A DNA stretch of 64,000 bases from Camelus dromedarius (taxonomy: Eukaryota). The position numbers and the translations under genes are program-made. The DNA lies in contig NC_087447.1 in assembly GCF_036321535.1 (NCBI RefSeq), positions 35,776,001 through 35,840,000 of the forward strand. Direction: 5' to 3'. Under the pieces are notes generated by a model. That model was not told the origin of the DNA, did not search any database, and saw only the letters and a list, made by a program, of their open reading frames with translations. Shown one piece after another: positions 38,441-49,916 of the stretch. Within the stretch, counting starts at the first letter, position 1, and every line of letters begins with the position of its first letter.

Positions 38441-39215
38441 ACTACCACGTGGGGGTATTTTGAGCCTTAAACTAGTTGCTGTATGCAGAAGTAATTAAAG
38501 TTCCAAGCACTGCAGCCCAGAACGGTCCTTATGGGGTCAGCACTGCAGTCAGCTCAGGGACAATGCAGTCACCACTGAGAGGCAAACAAACTCACATCTA
38601 CCCTAGACCTGCAGGCTGGCCATTTTCTCACAAGTGGCTGACACATCTCAGGGGTCACCTCCTCTAGGAAGCCTTTCCTGATGCACCACCTCCTCCCACA
38701 TGACATCTGGGTGAGACAATAACAAGGAAAAGTTCCTCCATAGAGATCTACTCTGTACTGGCCATGTTGTCACAGCTCCGATAACATAGTGGGCTATGGG
38801 GCTCACTTGTCTGCCTCAGCCACCAAATTACAAGGCCCAGGAGGGCAGAGCCAAGTCTAATTCATCCCAGTCTCCAAGACCCAACACAGCTTCTGGAAGA
38901 AACATGTTCAGTATATGCTGAATGAATGAATGAATGAATGAATACAGAGATGGTGAAGGTACAATCCGAGGAAGGAGAGAAAATTAAGTTGAATCAGACC
39001 CACTTTAGAGATTTTTTTAAAACACTGAGGCCCAGGAAAAGGAAGTGACTTTCAGCTAGCATATGTTCTGGAGCCAGAAGCAGACCTGCTGCCCCCTGGC
39101 TCTGCCCAGGAGTGGAGAGCAGGGCTGTATAAGGACCTGAGGCCTTGCCCTAAATCCCCAACCCCTCTAGGGGGGCAGAGGGCAGGGGTGGAGGGCTGGG
39201 GGTCCTTGTCCTTAC

Positions 39216-39361
39216 CAGGCCACACGGGGCGTTCTGCAGTGTCACCATGAAAGTGCCCGAGGAGCGGCTCTTTGCCAGGATGTACTGACATGTGGCAGGG
39301 AACGTGTAGCGGCGACCGTCAAATGTTGTGAAGTGGATGTCACCAGTCACTGAACACTCAG
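39216..39361 (-). CDS. OTOG: OTOG exon 15, VWD2 start ([31 protein letters not shown]...APCGL)
   Basis: Acceptor cttcag, donor gtaagg; 146 nt. Confidence 0.96.
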
Positions 39362-39485
39362 CTGAAGGGCAGAGAAAGGTGGCTGACCTAGGGGAGCTGC
39401 CTCCTGGCGACCACCCCTGCCCTGTGGCTCTGAGCTGTGGGACTAAAGGGAAGGGGTAGAGCACCAGGTGGGGAACAAGACGTAC

Positions 39486-39532
39486 CTGGGCAGACAGATG
39501 TGCTGCACATCCACTTGCCCGCAGTGCATGTG
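39486..39532 (-). CDS. OTOG: OTOG exon 14 ([16 protein letters not shown])
   Basis: Acceptor ttttcag, donor gtacgt; 47 nt. Confidence 0.94.
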
Positions 39533-39812
39533 CTGAAAACAGAGACGAGGGAGGCAGGGACTCACCCCACCAGGACTAGGGTAGACATTGGAGGGTCCTC
39601 AGAGGATCCTCCTGCCCAGCCCTCAGTCTTCCCATCTTTAAAACAAGTGGTGGAGATTCCACCCACAGACTGCATGAGCTGTCCTGCAACTCCGAGATGC
39701 TAAGTGAGTGCCCTCTGTGGTCAGGCTCCCAGACCCCAGATGGACAGCCCTGATGGAAAGCCATGAAGCCACCCTCCTCCCCCTGCCCCCACCCCCAGGA
39801 GTAGACACGGAC

Positions 39813-39921
39813 CAGGCATTGCAGTCTTCTTTCACCACAGAGCCAGTTGGGTACAGGGTCCCATGGAACTCACAGGGACACTCAGCTGGTGCCACGCAGC
39901 CCCCATCCTCAAAGATCAGCC
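39813..39921 (-). CDS. OTOG: OTOG exon 13 ([36 protein letters not shown])
   Basis: Acceptor tcctag, donor TG|gtccgt; 109 nt. Confidence 0.93.
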
Positions 39922-40770
39922 CTAGGATGACAGCAAAGGCCCACCTCTGCTCCTGTTCACAAACCTTTCATGGCTCTCCAGAGCCTGTGATAAAGATCCC
40001 CATCCAAGCTCTTTCACCACTGAGCCCACTTTCACACTTTATTCTGTATAAATGCTTGGCTTAGGCCAGATCTGAATCCCTTCTGAGCAACTAATCCCGC
40101 CTCCAGATTTCTGTTCAGACAATGACCCACCTCAAAGTGCATACTGACCAGCTTCTCCTCCTCACCTCTAGATGTCACTGCATCTAGAACCAGCTTAGGT
40201 GCTGGTTCCTCCAGGAAGCCTTCCCTGACGATCTCTCTCCACAAATGAATTCCTATATCTCTTCTTGTCTGAACCCCTGAGCTGGTCCTCACCACATTAT
40301 GCCTTTGACTGGATTCACATGTATAAGTGTTTTATCACTGCAACCACAGTCTGATCCCTAAAGTCAATGACTGTATCTTTATATTTTTTTATCCCAACCC
40401 CAGCCCAGCCAAGTGAGTTGCACACTATAGATGTGCTGCAAATTTGTACACCATGAAAAACAGTATGCAGATGAATGTTTAAACAAATGCATGTGTGATA
40501 AATGAATAAATTGATGACTGAATGACTTGTCCTCATCTACACACCTTAAAAACCTCAGGCCCAATAAAATTAAATACCCTGATGAGCCTCTCAAGAGTCA
40601 CAGTTCTGCCCCTACCATCACCTCCCTTAAGCCATTCATTCATTTGTTCACATATTGTTTGCTCCTTCCTTCAGTCATTCTACAAACAGGCATCCTCTGA
40701 GCCCTTGCTTCACGCCCACCCATGCCGGGCCAGTAAGATGCTGCCAGGCACCCATTCCATCCCTACATAC

Positions 40771-40899
40771 CATCAGGACAGTAGCAGCCATCCACACAGG
40801 CGATCTCACTGTCCACACAGGATGCCCGGGGCTGGCAGGAGGCAGGGCAGCAGGCTATGCACTCATTGTAGATAAAGGCCTTCTCCTTGCAGTGCACCG
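40771..40899 (-). CDS. OTOG: OTOG exon 12, TIL ([42 protein letters not shown])
   Basis: Acceptor ttccaag, donor gtatgt; 129 nt. Confidence 0.95.
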
Positions 40900-41290
40900 C
40901 TTGGAAGGAAGGGAGCAGTATGCCTGTCAGCTCCCTTCTGGTCCCAGCTCTGCCAGAACCGACCCAGCCTCTATCCCAAACCCTAGGGTGCGGGTGGGAG
41001 GGCTTTGATTTTCCTGATCTCCTAGTCCCTGTGGAAGCACTGGGTGATCAAGAAACTAGTGAGAGACCTAGGAGGCTCTGAGAAACACCCTTATCTCACT
41101 CTGTGGCCCCAGGCCAGTCGCTCCCTCTCTGAGCCTCAGTTTTCCCATCTGTCACATGATGATGAAACCTCAGGATTTAAAGCTCTGATAACTGTGGTTC
41201 TTAGCAGGGCAGGACATTGAGCTGAGGCCTGGGAATGCCACTCACAGCCCCAGGACAGAACTTGTCCGAATCCCTCCAGGCTGCACCTAC

Positions 41291-41400
41291 TGCATTTCTG
41301 GAGTTGGTTCCTCCATCCCTGCAGGGGCCGACCTGCCTGGGCACATGCCCGGGCATACTCCGCCAGTGCCCGGCACCAGGTGGCTTCATCACCCGCTGAT
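41291..41400 (-). CDS. OTOG: OTOG exon 11 ([36 protein letters not shown])
   Basis: Acceptor gcacag, donor gtaggt; 110 nt; C8 motif YARAC. Confidence 0.95.
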
Positions 41401-41808
41401 CTGTGCAGGGAAACTGAGGGTCACAATGGAATAAGATCCAACCTGCAGCCAGACCCCCAGCACCAGACAGAGACTGCCGGGGCTCAGGGCACCCCTCTTC
41501 ACCACACAGTGGGAAAAGGGAGCCAGGGAGGGCAGCGAGGTATACAGATCCCTAGACTAGAGGCAAGAAACCTGGGTTCTGGTCTCAGCATTACCCCTGT
41601 CTTATGTGATCCTGTGGGGGTCAGGCCCCATTTCCAGGCCTCAATTGAATAGGGAAGGTCTGTCCTACTTATGCAGATAAGAATTTCAGAGCTTTGGGAA
41701 GCATATCTGTTAGTACCTGGTATTACCCACATGCTTAGCCCCCACCCCAATACTGGGAGAGGTCTCCCCACAGCCCAATACCACCTTCATTCCTGGCTGC
41801 CCACTCAC

Positions 41809-41915
41809 TGGCAGAGATCACTGGTACAGCTGGCCATGAAGGGCAGAGGGCTGACATAGGCATGGCAGGCATCAAAGGGGGGCCGCAGTAGCGCCTCACA
41901 GCGGTCGTACACAAC
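41809..41915 (-). CDS. OTOG: OTOG exon 10, C8 ([36 protein letters not shown])
   Basis: Acceptor ccccag, donor gtgagt; 107 nt. Confidence 0.95.
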
Positions 41916-42186
41916 CTGGGGCAAGGGCCAGGAGCAGGGCTAAGGGGCTGGCAGGGCCAGGCACAGCCCTCTGACTTCGCCAGTCCCATACAGAGCCCTA
42001 GCCTGGGCCCAAGGGAGAGAAGAAGAGGGTGGAGAGGAGACAGAAGGGGCATAAGCACCAACAACTCTGGGTCCCTGTGGCCAATAACTTTCCAAGAGGT
42101 AGACGGAAACCAACTTAAGCCAGGCATTAGGGTAGGGCAGGGGGAGGGTGTGGGAATTGGGGGGGGGGTCTCCCCAGGATCCAGAC

Positions 42187-42317
42187 CTGCATGGTTCCCA
42201 GGCTTTGCTGCAGACATGGTGGGCGGGGCAGGGAGGAGGTTGTGGGTCCTGGAGGCTGGTTAGGAGCCTGCTCCTGCCAGCTGTGCACAAACTCAGCCAC
42301 ATCTTCCATCAGCTTCC
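42187..42317 (-). CDS. OTOG: OTOG exon 9 ([44 protein letters not shown])
   Basis: Acceptor ctacag, donor CAG|gtctgg; 131 nt. Confidence 0.94.
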
Positions 42318-43156
42318 CTGTAGGGGAGAACTAGTATGACCACAAGTCGGGAGCTGGGGAGGGGGAGGGCAGGCAGATGATGCCAAGAGGAGGGCAAGGA
42401 AGAACCCAGTCTCCTGAGCTTCCATCCCAATCTGCACTTCTCAATGGAGTCATTCTCCTGAAAAAGCTATTTGGCAAAAATAGTCAAGAATGCTCAAGAC
42501 ACTGTGAGTTCCCTGGAGTGGCTCCCTACTGCTCTAAACCCAGGAAAGCAATACCATGCAATCAAAAGAGAACTAATGTGTGAGCCTGAACAAGCTCCTG
42601 TACCTCTCTGGACCCGAGTTTCCTCATATGAGAAACAGGACAAATAGTCTCCTTGTGAATTTATTGCAGGGACTAAATGAGATGAGGTATGTAAAGTGTT
42701 CAGAGTGTTGTGGCTGCTCAAAGGCATCACTTCCCTTCTTCTGGCCAGAGTTGCCATGACTGAGCCTGAACACTTCACTTCACTTCTTGCCACTGCAGCT
42801 GGAGCCATTCTCATCCTGGCTCTTTCTGGCCCTCTGTACCCTGCCCCCCACAACCCCCTCCACTCCACACACACCTTGGCAGGGTCAATACCACCTAGCA
42901 AAGTGACCTTTAGATCCTCACACAACCCTTGTAGGAATTCTCTTTATGACTATTTTACAGATGAGGATACTGAGTCCAGAGTGGTTAAAACATGCCTGAG
43001 GCCACACACTTGATAGGAAGGGGCCCCTGGCCTCCCACTAGGTCTTTAGTACCATGACCCCAGGGCTCTGCCCCAAGTCCCTTTCCACCCTTCCCGGCTA
43101 AACCTGTCCCCCACCCCCACCAAAACCCCTTGGAAGACACCTGCCCTGCACCTCAC

Positions 43157-43362
43157 CATAGCGGGTCACCAGGTCGTCCTGGGGGTTGGCATTGTTGTTC
43201 CCACACAGCCCATGGGTCCAGCCCAGGAACTCTGGGCTCATTTTAATGTAGACAGCCGAGGCACCATCCCAGGCCAGCGTGAAGGCCGACTGATGCCGCA
43301 CAAGGACATAGCCGGCAAGCCGCTGCAGACGCACATTCCCCATCACTTGCGGTAGTTGGACC
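43157..43362 (-). CDS. OTOG: OTOG exon 8 (VQLPQVMG...[21 protein letters not shown])
   Basis: Acceptor ctgcag, donor gtgagg; 206 nt; VWD GLCGN motif. Confidence 0.96.
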
Positions 43363-44272
43363 CTGCAGGGCATGGCCAGAGCTTCAGGGCATCCACACAA
43401 CCTCCACTGGCCCGGTCCTTCAACAAAGGACCCACCGTCCCCTACCTGCAGGACCCACCAGCTACACAGGATCTGCCTCACCCATCAGCCACTGTACTAT
43501 GGGGCCTGAGGCCCCTACTTTCCCTCCCCCTGACTTCTTGGATACCTGGAATTTCACAATTAGAAATAAGTTCTTTTGTTTTCATAGTTTTAAAATTACT
43601 TTTTAAAACTGCAATTCCCTTGGCAGGGATAAATCTTAGAGTGACTGAATTGTTCCTTTCTCCTAGACAGGAGAGATGGTATAAACAGATAACTACTTTG
43701 CTTATTTTTTTGGTAAGAAGCAAGAAAGGGATGGGAAGAGGAGAAAAAAAAAAAAAAGCCTAGAGAGAAGGCAAACAGGAAATGAAAGAAAAGATGCAGG
43801 GCTACAGCAATCTTGACACAGTCCCAATTTTACTGGCATAGGCTCTCCTAGTCAATCTGGAATTTGGCAACTTTCACCCAGCTGAAAATCAGGAGGAAAA
43901 CTAAAGAAGTGTCTAACCAGTCAAGGCTGGTACCAAAAGACCCATCCACCAGTGCTTCATTCATGGGAGAAACCCTTGGGCCTTTAATTCTACACTCAGC
44001 CCCAGAAAGCTTGGTTACTCAGCTTCCAGGTCTGAAGCAGGAAATGAAAAAGGAGAAAAGGGTCAGTGCAGGAAGGTCCCCCCACAACAACATGAAGTGA
44101 CATTGGACAGCAAGGGAGGGAAAGGCCAGTGAAGAGTAGTTGCAAGAAAGATTTCAGAAAGGACCACAGTCTGGAGCCTTTTGGTGTAGGAAGCTGGGTC
44201 CTCAACCCTTGAGTGGTCCCCTAAGCATCCCTGAGGTCCCAACAAGGTAAGTGACATTCAAAATGACCCTAT

Positions 44273-44594
44273 TGGGGGGAGGGTATAGCTCAGTGGTAGA
44301 GTGTGTGCTTAGCATGCATGTGGTCCTGGGTTCAATCCCCAGAACCTCCATTTGAAAAACTAGATAAATAAAAGCTCCTATGTCACATTACCATATATAA
44401 AATAGATAAACAACAAGGACCTACTGTATAGCACAGGGAACTGTATTCAGTTTCTTATAATGAGCTGTAATGAAAAAGAAACTAAAAATATATGTGTGTG
44501 TGTGTGTATATATATATATAACTGAATTGCTTTGCTGTACACTTGATATTAACATTGTAAATCGACTACACTTCAATAAAAAATAAGAATTAAA
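44273..44594 (+). mobile_element. Chimeric retroposon: tRNA-Ala SINE head fused to an L1 3' end, 13-bp TSD
   Basis: SINE head 44274 to about 44380; L1 3' UTR-like aacaaggacctactgtatagcacagggaac...cttcaataaaaaa; TSD aaaatgaccctat at 44260-44272 and 44595-44607. Confidence 0.82.
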
Positions 44595-45008
44595 AAAATG
44601 ACCCTATGTCATCAGAAAAGGGTGAAAGTGTGCTCAATATCTGCTCTGAGGAGGCTTGAAATATGTATGATATATTCAAGAAAATTTCCTTCAACTTGTC
44701 AAAGAAAAAAAAAAATATGCATGTTTATCACAGTAAACTCTCAGCTATCTGGGAAACTCGGCTATTGGCCTGAAAACCCACTGTCTGGAAAGGCACAGGG
44801 CCTGAGAATTCTAGAAAATCTTGAAGGACTCATCTTTCTGCAAACCCAGCTGACTGGAAACCCAGCTGGCCTGCCCTAGGGGTGGAAACTCTGCTGTTTG
44901 CCCCCAGAAAACAATTTCCTTTGGGCTTGAGAAGGAAGGATGCACACCCATCCCCCACAGCCTGCGCCAAGGAACAAGGAGCTCAGAGCAGAAAGTGTTA
45001 ATAGTTAC

Positions 45009-45127
45009 CTTGTGCCTCCGTAGGTGACCTCCTTGGCTAGATGGATCTCCTGCTCACCCACAAAGAAGAGGCTGACAGACCTGGAGCAGGTATAGGGGGA
45101 GGAGCTGCACTGCGGGTCATTGTGAAC
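45009..45127 (-). CDS. OTOG: OTOG exon 7 ([40 protein letters not shown])
   Basis: Acceptor aatcag, donor gtaact; 119 nt. Confidence 0.95.
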
Positions 45128-46571
45128 CTGATTGGCAGAGAGGGGTTCAGAAGCCAGCATGCAGATTCCTGCCACACACCTGTCCCTGAACTTTGGTTCT
45201 GGGCCCCAGGGAACCCCGCTGAGCTTCAACTAACGCTGATGGCCTGTCTGCTGTGTGCCAAGCACCCTTCCTCTGGGATCTCTCCCAGTCCCCACGACAC
45301 CACAGGGAGGTCAGAGCTATCTTTTTTGCATTTCAGAGAGGAGGCAATCGGTGCTCAGAGAGGTGACGTGAAGAAGGTCTCACACACACACAGCCAGGAT
45401 TCTAACCCAGTCTCCAATGACTCAGATTCTAGGGCTCTTTCTAGTATATTGTGCTGTCTCACCACTTCACACTCACACAGAACACACAGCCCTCCCATAA
45501 CACTAGCAAGTGCAGCCCCATACACACAGGCACACATGTCATTCCTGTGCTGCCTGTCACATACATGTCTCCTCTGCCCCCTGCTCAGACAGAACCTATA
45601 CTTCCAAGGCCACAGGACCCAAGGAGGGGAGGTGTGGGACTCCCAGAGCTTAGGGCAAAGTGTCTGCCAAGTGTGGAAACCGGTCCCATGAGAGAATGAA
45701 TCTTCCACTAGACTATCATTTAATGTGGTTAAGCAGGCTGGAGCCACTTCAACTAAAAGTGGGAGGAGACCAATCCAGAAATAGACTTTTGTAAGAGAAA
45801 TACAATGACAAGGTAATGATGTGGAATTTTGGTTCTGCAGAGAGGAGTCCCTGAGCCCTCTCAGGAAGCCAGAGCATCCAGAAAGTCTTCTTAGAGGAGG
45901 TCACCCTAAAGTGAGTCATCCAGGACCTCTACCATTTCCTCTGAGGCATTATACTCTTTCTTATCTAAGGTCCATAGCATTCAATGTTCCCTTGGTTTAA
46001 GGTGTTCTCATGTCCTCCCCCAACCCCATCCCTGCACCCCTTCACTAGGCTAGCTCCAATTCATTCTTCAGATCCTAATTTAAATACCACTTCCTTCAGG
46101 AAGCCCTCCTTGATCACCCTCCCTCCCAATAAGCAAGGTTAGGTTTCCATCGTATGCTCTTCTAGCATTTGGCATTTCTCCTCTGTTACACACAGTTGTA
46201 CTTAAAATGAATTCATTTGATTTGATGTCCGTTTTCCCCATTAGAATCTTAGTTCTGTGAGAACAGAGACCACATCTGGGTTGTTCACAGAGCCAGTACC
46301 ATGCCTTGTGCCAGGAAAAGAGTATAAGTATGCACTTAATAAATACTTGAAAATGAGGGACTAAGTGAATGAATGGCCAGGGACAACCAGGAGTGCATGG
46401 GTGAGCGAGAACTGTGGAGCCCCCAGCTCCCTCTGTGTGGAGACGCCCTGGGTGGGAGCTGGGAGGAGGAAGGAAAGTGCCAGCCTCTCTATGACAAGCA
46501 GAGCCCAGGCCAGTCCACCCTTCAGGGCCCAGTGGAACCTTCCTGGACAGACAGGGCAGGGAACACCTCAC

Positions 46572-46726
46572 CTGGATTGAGAAGGTCTGCCCCTCAGGTT
46601 CATGGCACCCCACCAGTGTGTAGCTGCCCTTCCCAGACAGGTAGTAGTAGAGGCCATCAAATGTCTCCACGTGATGCTGTCCCCACGCCCGGCAGATGCT
46701 GTCCCGCTCAGGGCCTGCATTGTACA
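46572..46726 (-). CDS. OTOG: OTOG exon 6, VWD1 start ([25 protein letters not shown]...FSIQ)
   Basis: ag/gt boundaries; 155 nt; VWD TFDG motif. Confidence 0.96.
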
Positions 46727-46908
46727 CTGAGCCAGGGAAGAAAGAACCTTTCTGTGTAGCAGCAGTGGGCCCCAAGTGAGAGGCTGGTGGGTTCTGGTCC
46801 TGGCAGAGCCACCTTCATTCCCCTCCAGCCCAGACCCCTAAGTCTCAGGCCCATGGATTTCCCTGTATCCCTGGCCCTTCCCAGAGGTGGAATGGAGCCC
46901 AGACCTAC

Positions 46909-47001
46909 CCATCTGGCAGCGTGGCCCAGTGGCATTGAAGCGTCTACAGTCACAGAAGGCTGGGTGCACGCACTCACCCCCATTGAAGCAGGAGAACAAG
47001 T
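46909..47001 (-). CDS. OTOG: OTOG exon 5, EGF-like ([31 protein letters not shown])
   Basis: Acceptor ttgcag, donor gtaggt; 93 nt; EGF cysteine pattern. Confidence 0.95.
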
Positions 47002-47939
47002 CTGCAAGGGAGACACAGAAGACACCTCCCCATCAAGCTGAGACTGACAGAACCCAGTGATGCAGCACCTCCCTCATGCTGGGGCCCCAGGCTCCAGCCC
47101 TTCCAGAGTTACATGGAACTCAGATACGCATCACAGGTCGCCCCAACTTTCCCCAGCAGCCAGCTTTAACTGGGGCAGGAGTAAGGTGTCTCAGACAGCT
47201 GCCTGGCCCCCTCCCTGGCAGGCTGTGGGGTGGGGTCTCAGAGTACCTGCCTTCAGTACATATCAAGTGGCCCCCAGGCTGGCCCCATCTGGGCCTTCAG
47301 CTTCCTAGGCTAAAAGTTCCTGGCCGCCAGGCAAGGAAAGCAAAACTGAGAATATGGAGCGTGTGGGGTGAGCAGGGAGGCTGCCCAGGGATCTTCACAT
47401 ACTGCTCTTCCTCACTGCTCCGTAAGCTCAGAGGGAGAGCCCAAGGCATAAATCAGGGGATGGAGAGGGGCCTCACACTTGGAATGCAGTAGAAGGGAAG
47501 GCCACAGAGAATAAGAGGACAGAGCAGAACAGAGTGTGGTCAGGGAAGGAGCCGTGATGTAAGAGGAGGGACCACAGACAGAGGAAGATGAGGGGAGAGG
47601 TCATGGACACAGGACAGGTGAGGGAGAGACCACAGAAAGTAGAAAGAGACCACAAAACAGGGTGATGCAGAGCAGAAAACAACTATCAAACAAGAAGCTC
47701 AATCTCACTGGAGTCAGTGTGAGGGGGGAAGCCGCAAGGCCACTGTCACGAGAACAGCACACTTCCTCAGCCAGGAAGGAGGAAGCAGAGTGGAGTTGGA
47801 GACTGGGGCTGGGGAAGATGGAAAGAGACCCCATGCAGGGAAAACAGATCACAGGAGGCCCCAGAGAAGTCCCAGGCTGTCCTCATAGGTCTCTCTGCAG
47901 GCTAGGGCCTCCCTCAGACCACAGAGGAGGGGCACTTAC

Positions 47940-48015
47940 AGGATGGTGCACATTTGGCCCGGTGGAGCCGCCTTTCCCAGGAAGACATGGCCAAGGAGTT
48001 CAGGGCTTCTGCCTC
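47940..48015 (-). CDS. OTOG: OTOG exon 4 ([25 protein letters not shown])
   Basis: Polypyrimidine tract plus aaag acceptor, donor gtaagt; 76 nt. Confidence 0.92.
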
Positions 48016-49483
48016 CTTTTAAAGAAGGAGAAGGAAGAGAACGCAATCAAGGGCTGAGCTCAAGGAGGGCAGCCTCCCTGGAGGCCACATCCCTTCCTGT
48101 CCATCACCTTGGTGCCCCAGTCACCCTGCCTCCCCAGGCACACCTCTGAGAGGTATGGAAGGCAGGATTTTTCAGGCCTGCCCTAGGTCAGGAGGAGTGA
48201 AGTCTGGTTTACACCCTCCCCAAGTGGGTACATCTCAGTAGCAGGCTGGGGAGGCCTGTAGCCTGCACACACCCCTTCCCCTCCATGCTCCAATGTCCCC
48301 CTGCCTCCCCCAACTCCCTCCCTCCCTAGCAAACCTTTGTGTCCTCCACAGCCCAGCACAAAACCCCCTTGTCTGGAGAACAAACCAGACACCTCCTCAC
48401 CACAGAAACCACATGGGGCAGAACTAGGAAACAAAGGCAGCCCCTCACCCCAGGGCAGGGGAACATCCCTTCCATCCCCCACCCAACATTTTGGGCTCTT
48501 TTAACAGCAAAAACAGTGCCTAACAGATCACTACCCGCTGTTCTCAGAGTCAGGACTCTCCCTGATACCACATATCTGAAGTAGACACAGGCAAAGAGCA
48601 GCTAAGAGATCTTATTTTTCAGACCAGAAATTCCAACACATGATCTCTCAAGATAAAAAACCATCTAAAATCAGGACTGTCCCAAAAATCATGTGTGTTC
48701 AGTCACCACAAAGCTAGCGTATGTCTTGGGACTCTGGTCTGAGATGTCCAGTGTCAGCCAGGACTAGACCCTGGGCACAGTAGGAGCTTCCCTCTCAGAC
48801 CCTCAGCCCCCCGATTTGTACAACATCCCGGACTAGGTGGCCAGCCTGCCCGAGGGGCAGTAAACAAGTCGACAAGGCACAAACCACACTGTGCGTGCTG
48901 GTCTCATGTGTCTTCTCCCTCCCTGTCCTCTAGCAAAGGACGTGGAACATAGGAAGTACTCAGAAACCCCGGCCGCTGGAGCCCAACCCCAGTTCTTTGC
49001 CCCCCCTGAGGACGAGTCTCTCCACCTCTTCCCTGGCACTTATCCCCTCCCTCTTCACTGTCCTGCTGACCCCCTGGGAGGTCACTGGCTCTCCCTGGCC
49101 AGGTATCAGTGTTCTCACTCACTCCCTGGTTCCTGGGTCCTCCCTGGCTCTCTTTACCCTGCATTCTAGGCTGAGCCCCAGGAGTTGGGCCAGGCCTCCC
49201 ACCCTGGTCATTATCAGTCTCACTGGCGCTTCAGAGACCACAGGAGATGGGAGAGAGCAGCAGGTAAACAGTCATCACCAATGTCCCTCAGGTCCAAAGA
49301 GCTTAATTCAGCTTGGTCCTGGTGCCTCCTCTCCCCTCCTCGGCCCCACCTCAGATTGGCCTCGGAGACCAGTCTTGTGAGGGTAAGACAGCCTGTGCTA
49401 CAAGTCGAGGGCTGTGCTAGTTGAGACCATTTTCTGGAGAAAAATGTTAAATCCTGTCCAAATAATTCATCTTCAGTATAGAT

Positions 49484-49916
49484 CAGGAGTTCTTAATCAC
49501 ATTCATGCCATGAACCCCTCTGACAACCCAGTGACACTTATGAGCCCCTTAGAAGAAATGTTTCTAAATACCTAAAATAAAACATAAGATTACAAAGGAA
49601 ACCAAATATACTGTAATGTGTTATAAAATATTTTAGAAAAATGGGTGACTTAGTGCTTCTTTATTAACACATTAAATCACAAGACCAAGCAGCAGGTCTT
49701 ATCACTGCCAGAATTTGGGAGCAGTGAACATCCATGAGATCTGGAGACAGCAACAACGACTCCAAGGTGCTAGGAAAACATCTGTCATTTCTACTGCTGA
49801 TACTCTGTGGTCTGTAGTTGCCAGCAGTAATTAAAGGGAAGGTGAAATTTCAGTTCCATTGAGGTTTCTGTAAATAATACTGAATTTTTTCCCCCATCCA
49901 AGTTCATGGACCCCTG
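49484..49916. mobile_element. MER119-like hAT-Charlie element
   Basis: caggagttcttaa start, gattacaaaggaaaccaa internal, ccaagttcatggacccctg end. Confidence 0.65.

Noticed and set aside
39160..39180. Additional CTCF-like motifs (also near 5470 and 33860)
   Set aside because: Spacing or core mismatches relative to the consensus; too weak to call by eye.
44279..44350. tRNA-Ala(AGC) gene
   Set aside because: Mismatched stems, fused to an L1 tail and flanked by a TSD; it is a retroposon.
45041..45691. 216-aa plus-strand ORF, and similar 100-200 aa ORFs such as 19348-19932 and 31527-32093
   Set aside because: Antisense to OTOG exons or running through MIR/low-complexity sequence, with no recognisable domain; expected by chance in GC-rich DNA.
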